From Candidatus Eiseniibacteriota bacterium (lineage in GTDB: Bacteria; Eisenbacteria; RBG-16-71-46): a stretch of DNA of 26,091 nt. This document shows positions 1 to 6,856 of this stretch, one piece after another. The DNA is taken from contig JBGPFC010000048.1 in the NCBI GenBank assembly GCA_041483195.1, positions 1 to 26,091 of the forward strand, in the 5' to 3' direction. The notes beneath the pieces were generated by a model. That model searched no databases. It had not been told where the DNA came from and saw nothing but the letters and a program-made list of their open reading frames with translations. A program made the translations under genes and the position numbers. Positions within the stretch are counted from its first letter, which is position 1; each line of letters opens with the position of its first letter.

Positions 1-1
1 G

Positions 2-67
2 GTCAAGCAGCAAGGGCGCTGGCGGTTGGTTGCCAACCACTACTCGTCCCAGATTACGCGCCAATAA
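2..67 (+). CDS. 3' end (partial) of a probable NTF2-like / DUF4440 / SnoaL-fold protein
   Basis: Frame 2 reads VKQQGRWRLVANHYSSQITRQ-stop (TAA 65-67). The 'GxWRLVxxHxS' ending is typical of NTF2-like domains. Only 21 codons are visible. Confidence 0.5.
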   Translation, partial: VKQQGRWRLVANHYSSQITRQ

Positions 68-246
68 TCTTAACTAACAAGGGACGGTGCGTTCAGATGC
101 AGAGCTTGGTTTCATTCCACGTGATGTCACAGATGTCTTGCGTACTCATGGCGCCGGCCGCTGCTCAGTAAACGCACGATGCGGGTGTCTCAAAGTCGTT
201 GACAGGTTCCGCTAGCTCGCGCCGACGCCCGCTAGCTCGGGCGGCC

Positions 247-2091
247 TCACCAAGGACCGAAGCGGACCCTGACGTTGGCCCAGCAGGGCGCGTCGTACCG
301 TCTGCCGTACTGGTCCCGCGTGATTTCGGCGCGATCCCCGGCCAGTGCCAGGGCATTGAAGATCGTGACCGTGACGTTCATCGGTCGGTTCCCAAGCGTG
401 AGCTTCTGGTTCAGTGCCAGATTGACGTAACGGGACGGGTCGAGCCGGAAGCGCTCTCCCCGCCCAGGCCCCGGACTATGGACTTCGGCAATCGCGCCGC
501 TGCGATAGTTGCCTTCGAGCGAGACACTGAAAGTGCGAACAAGGTCGTAGTTGATCCCCGATCGAAAGCTCAGGGGAATCAGTCCCACCAGGGGACCGTC
601 GCTCCGCCGGGTGTCGTTGCTGAGGCACGCGAGCTCCCAGCTCGGCGTCCCGCTCTTCGCAACGATGCAGTCCCACGAAAGCACGCGAACCGCGTTCCGG
701 ACGCCCCACAGATCGACATCCAGATCCTTGCGGACTCCCGAGACCCTGACGATGTCGAATGGCCACCTGCGTTCCGGTTCGTACTGAAGCGTGGCGGCGC
801 AGTGCATGGCACGCTGCGGCTGCTGCGCGGCTCCCGGATCGAAGACGGTTCCGAAGATGCCGTCCTTGAACGCAAAGTAGTCGGCGTACGTGCCATAGCC
901 GGCGCTCATCGTCGTCCTCCCGGGATGAGCGGTGACCGTGACGCCGTGCAGGATGGTGGACTCGTCGCGGAAGTGTTGAACCGACAAGGAAGGTTGAACT
1001 CGGAGCGGGCCCATCAGCACTCGACCTTCCGCTCCGGCATCCGGGCTGGCATTCCGCGATGACTCGCCTCGGTCCGATTCCACGTAGAACTCGGATGCCC
1101 AGAAGGTCCAGGCGTCCTGCGCGGTGGTGAGCGCGAGCCTGGGGTTGAGGATGCGAGAGCGGCCTCGCGCCTGCTCGTCGAACTCGCCGAACGTATGGCG
1201 CGAATCCACCAGGTCGGCTTCCCAACTGACCCCCGCCGAGAGCTTCGACTCGTGCGGCAGCCGAAGCTCGTATCGAAGGATCGCCACATCCTGCCGAGTG
1301 TCCTCATGGACCGACCCGTCGAGACCGTCCGCCCTATCGTTCCAGTTTCCCGACTCCCGGCCGTGGAGGAAGAATCCCTCGATCGTGTGATCACCCGTTC
1401 GAAGGGTGGCGAGAGTTTGGGAGTCCAGGTAGTCCGGGATGATGCGGAGCGCCTTCACCGCGCGCTTCAGGGGACCGACGACGTCGCTCTGGCGCACGCT
1501 CGTGACGACCGTGGCGCGCGGCGCGGAGGAGTTCGAACTGCTGGCCATCCAGAGCGTCGCCCGTCGTTCGATCGCGTCGCTCGACACCGACAACGCGAGC
1601 GGATGGTCCGAGTGGAAGCTCGGCTGCAATTCCAACGCGCCGTTGGTGTCCCGGTACTGGTGGGACATGAGGAACGGATGAAGTGCCACCTGCTCGATGT
1701 CAGGATTGATCTTCGTGCGGGTTCCGAACACAGCCGTGGTGGGCCCCCCGATGCGGTGATGCCAGATGTAGTCGCGCGCGGTCTGATCCACCGGGAGGCC
1801 GTAGAGGCGCAAGTCGGCGGAGAGGGGAACCGGAGACGTGACTCTCAGATCGGCCATCAGCGGCTTGGACCCGTCGTCGGGATACAAGAGCCTGGCGGAC
1901 TGGGGAACCCACAGTGGATCGCCGGCGCGGGGCACGCGCTCCGCCGACACTTCGACTGGCGGGAGCAGGATCTTTGTAGTCCTGTCCGAGGCAGCTTCCC
2001 GAAGGGAAACGGCGATCGCGCTGTCCCTCGAAGCTTGTCCGTTAGCGGAAATCGATAAGACTGAGCAAAGAAGCGCCGCTACGAGAGTCAA
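247..2091 (-). CDS. Divergent TonB-dependent receptor-like outer-membrane beta-barrel protein (614 aa)
   Basis: TTG start with GGAG a few nt upstream and an in-frame TGA at 2128-2130. Hydrophobic signal peptide, TonB-box-like LPPVEVSAER, and a plug-like segment (LRLYG..DQ...FG...INPDIEQVAL....QY....GALEL). Amphipathic beta-strands follow, with an aromatic C-terminus (NVRVRFGPW). Confidence 0.6.
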   Translation of the reverse strand: MTLVAALLCSVLSISANGQASRDSAIAVSLREAASDRTTKILLPPVEVSAERVPRAGDPLWVPQSARLLYPDDGSKPLMADLRVTSPVPLSADLRLYGLPVDQTARDYIWHHRIGGPTTAVFGTRTKINPDIEQVALHPFLMSHQYRDTNGALELQPSFHSDHPLALSVSSDAIERRATLWMASSSNSSAPRATVVTSVRQSDVVGPLKRAVKALRIIPDYLDSQTLATLRTGDHTIEGFFLHGRESGNWNDRADGLDGSVHEDTRQDVAILRYELRLPHESKLSAGVSWEADLVDSRHTFGEFDEQARGRSRILNPRLALTTAQDAWTFWASEFYVESDRGESSRNASPDAGAEGRVLMGPLRVQPSLSVQHFRDESTILHGVTVTAHPGRTTMSAGYGTYADYFAFKDGIFGTVFDPGAAQQPQRAMHCAATLQYEPERRWPFDIVRVSGVRKDLDVDLWGVRNAVRVLSWDCIVAKSGTPSWELACLSNDTRRSDGPLVGLIPLSFRSGINYDLVRTFSVSLEGNYRSGAIAEVHSPGPGRGERFRLDPSRYVNLALNQKLTLGNRPMNVTVTIFNALALAGDRAEITRDQYGRRYDAPCWANVRVRFGPW

Positions 2092-2287
2092 AGCCTTGCT
2101 CCACCACTGATGCAGTGCGAGGTGATTTCAGATCCAGCATGCCCATGCCGGGTCAACCGGATGTCCGGTGGGGGCGAAGGCCCAAGCTTGTTTGAATTGT
2201 CTCATGCACGGCGAGGCTAGGGAAGAATCAATCCCCACCGTAGAAGGGCAGGGGCTCACCAAGTTCCTGCGATGCCTTGGCGAGAGT

Positions 2288-2313
2288 TGGCCTCCCCGAC
2301 GGGATTCGAACCC
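2288..2313 (-). mobile_element. Orphan tRNA 3'-end fragment (tRNA-Glu-like); putative att site or integration scar
   Basis: Minus strand reads GGGTTCGAATCCCGT-CGGGGAG-G-CCA, i.e. T-loop, 3' T-stem, acceptor 3' strand, discriminator and CCA. No matching 5' acceptor strand, D arm or anticodon arm is present upstream. It sits at the GC-content transition. Confidence 0.6.
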
Positions 2314-2487
2314 TTCGCGTCGAATTCGGAGTGCATCGTCCCGGTTCGCCGGACCGTTCATCGATTGATGCCTGGCCCGGGGCCCTCGCGGACGCGTATT
2401 TTCCCCGGCGGTTGCCCCGTTCCAGCGAATGCGGCAGATTGCGAGGTCGTGGCGCCCCGCTCTCGGCCTCCACACCCGCGAGAAATC

Positions 2488-3744
2488 ATGCAGATCGAAC
2501 TCATCACCATCGGCAACGAGATCCTCTCGGGCCGCACGCTCGACACCAACTTCGCCTACCTCGCGCGCGTGCTCGAGACCGCGAGCGTGCAGGTGGGCTG
2601 GCACAGCGCGGTCGGGGATTCGGCAGAGCGCATCGGCGAGGCGCTGCACGCCGCGCTCGCTCGCGCCGACGCGGTGGTGATGACGGGCGGGCTCGGCCCC
2701 ACGCCCGACGATCTCACGCGCAAGGCGGTGGCGGGCGCGCTCGGCCGGCCGCTCCAGCTCGACGAGAAGGTCCTCGAGGAGATCCGCGCGCGCATCCGTC
2801 GGCTCGGGCGCAAGCTCCCGGCCTCGGTCGAGACCCAGGCGCTGCTGCCGCGGGGCGCGGAGGCCTGGCCCAACCGGCTCGGCACGGCGCCCGGGATCCT
2901 CGTGATCCACGATCAGAAGCCCGTGATCCTGCTGCCCGGCGTGCCCTACGAGATGGAGGCGCTCGCGACCGATTACGTCGTGCCCTATCTCCAGAAACGC
3001 AGCGGCCGCGCGGTCGAGACCTTCACGCTGCGCACCGCCGGAGTGTTCGAGACCATGCTTCAGGAGAAGATCGGACCGCTCCCGCAGGGCTGGCCGGGCG
3101 CGTCGCTCGCGTATCTGCCCAGCTACTTCGGCGTGGACCTGCGCGTGACGGCGTGCGGAGCGGACGCCGCCGAGGTGCGCGCGGTCGCGGAGCGCGCCCA
3201 TGGCGAATTGCGCGCGCTGGTGGCGCCCGTGATCTACGCGGAGGGCACGCAGAGCATGGAGGAGGTGGTGGGCGAGACGCTGCTCACGCTGGGCTGGCGC
3301 ATCGCGGCCGCTGAATCCTGCACCGGCGGCCTGCTCGCCAAGCGCCTCACCGACACGCCCGGCTCGTCGAGGTACTTCGAGCGCGGGTTCGTCACGTACT
3401 CGAATGCCGCGAAGCTCGAGCAGCTCGGCGTGCATGCCGCGGCGCTCGAGACCCACGGCGCGGTGAGCGCTCCGGTCGCCGAGCAGATGGCCGCGGGCGC
3501 GTGCGCGAAGTCGGGGGTGGAGGTGGGCGTCGGGATCACCGGCATCGCCGGCCCCGACGGGGGAAGCGACGCGAAGCCGGTGGGGCTGGTGTTCATCGCG
3601 GTGGCCTCGCCGCGCGGCGCTGCGCTGCGGCGCTACAACTTCATGGGCACGCGCGTCACCATCCGGGAGCGCGCGGCGCAGGCCGCGCTCGATCTCGCGC
3701 GCCGTCATCTCATGAACCTCCCGATCGAGCCGCGGCTCGACTGA
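2488..3744 (+). CDS. cinA: Competence/damage-inducible protein CinA (MoCF-biosynthesis-like domain plus PncC NMN deamidase domain)
   Basis: MQIELITIGNEILSGRTLDTN, TGGLGPTPDDLT, GTAPG, LPGVPYEM, AAESCTGG, GAVS, TGIAGPDGG motifs. The likely start is ATG 2488, inside the 2272..3744 ORF. Confidence 0.95.
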   Translation: MQIELITIGNEILSGRTLDTNFAYLARVLETASVQVGWHSAVGDSAERIGEALHAALARADAVVMTGGLGPTPDDLTRKAVAGALGRPLQLDEKVLEEIRARIRRLGRKLPASVETQALLPRGAEAWPNRLGTAPGILVIHDQKPVILLPGVPYEMEALATDYVVPYLQKRSGRAVETFTLRTAGVFETMLQEKIGPLPQGWPGASLAYLPSYFGVDLRVTACGADAAEVRAVAERAHGELRALVAPVIYAEGTQSMEEVVGETLLTLGWRIAAAESCTGGLLAKRLTDTPGSSRYFERGFVTYSNAAKLEQLGVHAAALETHGAVSAPVAEQMAAGACAKSGVEVGVGITGIAGPDGGSDAKPVGLVFIAVASPRGAALRRYNFMGTRVTIRERAAQAALDLARRHLMNLPIEPRLD

Positions 3745-3756
3745 GGCGGGCCGCGG

Positions 3757-4323
3757 GTGCGCATCTTCATCGCGGTGTTCCCGCCGGACGCGGTGCAGGC
3801 CGCGGCGCACGAGACGATCGAGCGGATGCGGCGCCCCGGCGACGGGGTCTCGTGGGTGAAGCGCGACAACCTCCACTACACGCTGCGCTTCATGGGCGAG
3901 CTCGGCGATGACGGCGCGCGCCGCGCGGCCGAGGCGGTGGGCGAGGGCGCGACGCATCACGCGGCGTTCGACGTGGCGCTCGGCGGGCCGGGCGCGTTCC
4001 CCAACGCGCGCAACGCGCGGGTGCTGTGGCTCGGGATCGAGCGCGGCGGCGAGCCGTTCGTCGCGCTCGCGAACGACGTGGAGGCGTCGCTGCGCCGCCA
4101 CGGATTCGGCAAGGCGGACCGCCCGTTCGCGCCGCACCTCACGATCGGCCGGGTGCGAGAGCGCGATCAGGACTGGAGCGATCGTCTCGCGGCCGCGAAG
4201 CCGCTCGCGCCGTCCGCCGCCTTCCGCGTGGACCGCGTGCTCGTCGTGCACAGCACGCTCTCACCGCAGGGCTCGATCTACCGCCCGGTGCACGAGGCGG
4301 TGCTGGGCGCGGGCGCGGGCTGA
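3757..4323 (+). CDS. thpR: RNA 2',3'-cyclic phosphodiesterase (2'-5' RNA ligase family, 2H phosphoesterase)
   Basis: N-terminal MRIFIAV, two HxT motifs (HYTL, HLTI), GAFPN..ARVLW, and S.LSPQG.IY. Usual position between cinA and recA. Confidence 0.93.
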   Translation: MRIFIAVFPPDAVQAAAHETIERMRRPGDGVSWVKRDNLHYTLRFMGELGDDGARRAAEAVGEGATHHAAFDVALGGPGAFPNARNARVLWLGIERGGEPFVALANDVEASLRRHGFGKADRPFAPHLTIGRVRERDQDWSDRLAAAKPLAPSAAFRVDRVLVVHSTLSPQGSIYRPVHEAVLGAGAG

Positions 4324-4364
4324 GCCGGGCGCCTGGCCCAGTGAAAATGCCCCTTTCGTCCTAC

Positions 4365-4382
4365 TGCCCAAATGTGTATCAT
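4365..4382 (+). promoter_or_regulatory. Putative recA -10 element overlapped by a candidate LexA operator
   Basis: TATCAT at 4377-4382 in an AT-rich patch, overlapped by the imperfect palindrome TGCCC-AAAT-GTGTA (4365-4378). Confidence 0.45.
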
Positions 4383-4491
4383 GCCGCCCAAGACGACACT
4401 GGCGAAGCGCCTCGACCGCTGCGACCATGCGCGGGCGTGACCCCCGCCATCGCCCCTTGCTCGTGACGCCCCTGCGAAGGAGACGCAGAAC

Positions 4492-5637
4492 ATGATTCCC
4501 AACACACCGTCGGCCAAGGAAAAGACCAAGGCGTTGGACCTCGCCCTGCAGCAGATCGAAAAGCAGTTCGGCAAGGGCGCCATCATGAAGCTGGGCGAGG
4601 AGAGCGCGAAGGTCGCGGTCGACATCATCTCCACCGGCTCGATCGGGCTCGACCTCGCGCTCGGGATCGGCGGCGTGCCGCGCGGCCGCATCGTCGAGAT
4701 CTACGGCCCCGAATCCTCGGGCAAGACCACGCTCGCGCTCACCATCATCGCCAACGCGCAGCGTTCGGGCGGCAACGCCGTCATGATCGACGCCGAGCAC
4801 GCGCTCGATGCGGCCTACGCTCAGAAGCTGGGCGTCGATATCGCAAACCTCCACATCGCGCAGCCCGACACCGGCGAAGAGGCGCTCGAGATCTGCGACC
4901 ATCTGGTGCGCTCGGGCGCGGTGGACGTGGTGGTGATCGACTCGGTCGCCGCGCTGGTGCCGCGCGCCGAGATCGAAGGCGAGATGGGCGACTCGCACGT
5001 CGGGCTCCAGGCGCGCCTCATGTCGCAGGCGCTGCGCAAGCTCACCGGCTCGATCAACAAGAGCCGCACCACCGTGATCTTCATCAACCAGATTCGCATG
5101 CAGATAGGCGTAATGTTTGGCTCGCCCGAGACAACGGCCGGCGGACGCGCGCTCAAGTTCTACGCATCGATCCGCCTCGACATCCGCCGCATCGCCACGC
5201 TCAAGGAGGGCGAGACCGCGGTGGGCAACCGCACGCGGGTCAAGGTGGTGAAGAACAAGGTGGCGGCGCCCTTCCGCGAGGCGGAGTTCGACATCCTCTA
5301 CAACGAAGGCATCTCGCGCGAAGGTGAGCTGCTCGACATGGCGATCGAGAAGAACATCGTGCAGAGGAGCGGCACCTGGCTCTCGTTCGGCGAAGAGCGC
5401 CTGGGGCAGGGCCGCGAGAACGCGCGCCAGCTGCTGAAGGAACACCCCGACGTGCGCGCGGCGATCGAAGCCAAGCTGCTGCCGTCGCTCGGCCTCCGGC
5501 CCGTGGCGCCCGCCGCGGCTCCGACCGCCACATCGGTGCCCACGCCGGCAGTCGCCGCGCCGAAGCCCGGCACGCCGGGCGCCACGCCGACGCGCCCCGC
5601 GCCCGCGATGGTGGCGAGCCCCGACCGGAGGCGGTAG
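4492..5637 (+). CDS. recA: Recombinase RecA
   Basis: IEKQFGKG, Walker [43 protein letters not shown] and KVVKNK motifs. SD AAGGAG upstream. Confidence 0.99.
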   Translation: MIPNTPSAKEKTKALDLALQQIEKQFGKGAIMKLGEESAKVAVDIISTGSIGLDLALGIGGVPRGRIVEIYGPESSGKTTLALTIIANAQRSGGNAVMIDAEHALDAAYAQKLGVDIANLHIAQPDTGEEALEICDHLVRSGAVDVVVIDSVAALVPRAEIEGEMGDSHVGLQARLMSQALRKLTGSINKSRTTVIFINQIRMQIGVMFGSPETTAGGRALKFYASIRLDIRRIATLKEGETAVGNRTRVKVVKNKVAAPFREAEFDILYNEGISREGELLDMAIEKNIVQRSGTWLSFGEERLGQGRENARQLLKEHPDVRAAIEAKLLPSLGLRPVAPAAAPTATSVPTPAVAAPKPGTPGATPTRPAPAMVASPDRRR

Positions 5638-5694
5638 GCGCGAGGGGCGGCGGATCGTGACGTCCCGAGTGCCGGTTCGCGGGAGCGCATCATC

Positions 5695-6243
5695 GTGACG
5701 ATGCGCTCCGCGCGCCCCGCACCCGTCTCGGCCGAGCGCGCGGCCGATCCCGCCGCCGCGCGCGAGGCCGCGCTCAGGCTGCTCGAACGCACGCGGCGCA
5801 CGGGTTCCGATCTCGCGCGACGCCTGCGCGACAAGGGCTATGCGCCGGCGATCATCACGCCGGTCATCGAGCGTCTCATCGAGGTCGGGCTGGTGGACGA
5901 TGTCGAGTACGCGCGCGCGTTCCTCGCCGAGCGCTGGGGGCGACGCGCCGCCGGATGGCGGCGGCTCGAGCAGGAGCTCAAGCGCCGCGGCATCGCGGGG
6001 GAGCACATCGCCGCCGCCCGCGCGCGGCTCGAGGAGCGCGAGGGCGCGGTGAGCGAGGTCGAGGGCGCGCGCAAGGCGATCGCGCAGGCCGCGCGGCGTT
6101 ACGCCTCGCTCGATCCGCGCACGCGGCGCCAGCGGCTCTACGCGCTGCTCGCCCGCCGCGGCTTCGACAGCGACACCATCCAGGCGGCGTTGAGCGAGGC
6201 CGAGGGTCGGCGCGACGACAGCGGCGACGACGAAGGCGATTGA
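5695..6243 (+). CDS. recX: Regulatory protein RecX
   Basis: ALRLL..RR...L..RL..KGY, GLVDDVEYA, ELKRRGI and LARRGF motifs. Directly after recA. Start may be 5695 or 5701. Confidence 0.9.
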   Translation: MTMRSARPAPVSAERAADPAAAREAALRLLERTRRTGSDLARRLRDKGYAPAIITPVIERLIEVGLVDDVEYARAFLAERWGRRAAGWRRLEQELKRRGIAGEHIAAARARLEEREGAVSEVEGARKAIAQAARRYASLDPRTRRQRLYALLARRGFDSDTIQAALSEAEGRRDDSGDDEGD

Positions 6244-6311
6244 TCGCGCGTCGGTCCCGTGCGTTGTATGGTTCGGGGCGTGCAACCCACGCACTCACCA
6301 CGGAGGTCGAT

Positions 6312-6737
6312 ATGCTGCGGCAGGCGACGGCGGTCTGGTCGGGCGGTCTGAAGGACGGCAAGGGCAACATCACCACGGGCAGCAAGACGCTGAGCGGCGT
6401 GCCCTACGATTTCCGCATGCGCTTCGAGGAGGCTCCGGGCACCAACCCCGAGGAGTTGATCGCCGCCGCGCACGCGGGCTGCTTCTCGATGGCGCTCTCG
6501 GGCGAGTTGGGCAACGTGGGCCTCACCGCGGACCGCATCGAGACCATCGCGCGCATCACCATGGAACCCGTGAACGGCAAGCCCACCGTCACGAAGAGCC
6601 ACCTGGTGCTGAAGGCGCGCATCAAGGGCGCGGACCGCGCGAAGTTCGAGGCGGCGGCCAACGCCGCCAAGGCGGGCTGCCCGATCTCTCGGCTGCTCAA
6701 CGCGCAGATCTCGCTGGAGGCGACGCTCGAGGGCTGA
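6312..6737 (+). CDS. osmC: OsmC-family peroxiredoxin
   Basis: A.AVW.G.LKDGKG, GTNPEELIAAAHAGCFSMAL and AKAGCPISRLL (both cysteines present). SD GGAGG before ATG 6312. Confidence 0.93.
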   Translation: MLRQATAVWSGGLKDGKGNITTGSKTLSGVPYDFRMRFEEAPGTNPEELIAAAHAGCFSMALSGELGNVGLTADRIETIARITMEPVNGKPTVTKSHLVLKARIKGADRAKFEAAANAAKAGCPISRLLNAQISLEATLEG

Positions 6738-6818
6738 GGGCCGGCGAGCCGGGACGATCGGGGTCGGATGGCCCGCATGAGACGGAGCGTGCCGCCCGCC
6801 GCGGCAGGCGATGGCTCC

Positions 6819-6847
6819 GTGCATCGGCCTCCGGAACTCGCTATCTT
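6819..6847 (+). promoter_or_regulatory. Putative sigma70-type promoter of alaS (near-leaderless)
   Basis: GTGCAT-17 nt-TATCTT, ending 9 nt before the ATG. No SD is visible. Confidence 0.35.
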
Positions 6848-6856
6848 CCCGCGACC

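Noticed and set aside
120..131. CGTGA-TG-TCACA, resembling a CRP site
   Set aside because: The spacer is 2 nt, not the 6 nt required.
61..204. Possible integron attC site after the NTF2-like gene (CTAACAAG ... GTTGACA)
   Set aside because: No complementary RYYYAAC/GTTRRRY pair and no extended bottom-strand hairpin. It is a single instance with no integrase in view.
209..243. 11-nt direct repeat CCGCTAGCTCG (209-219 and 229-239) with a small hairpin
   Set aside because: Only two copies with a 9-nt gap, so not CRISPR-like. At most a terminator-like stem after the receptor gene.
199..2058. Two 287-aa + strand ORFs (199..1062 and 1195..2058)
   Set aside because: Antisense shadows of the receptor gene with no motifs. 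The equal length looks coincidental.
2130..2270. Possible cobalamin riboswitch upstream of the TonB-dependent receptor
   Set aside because: No B12-box or conserved core on the coding (-) strand.
2272..2487. 72-aa N-terminal extension of CinA in the ORF track
   Set aside because: CinA homology starts at ATG 2488. The extension reads through the tRNA remnant and intergenic DNA.
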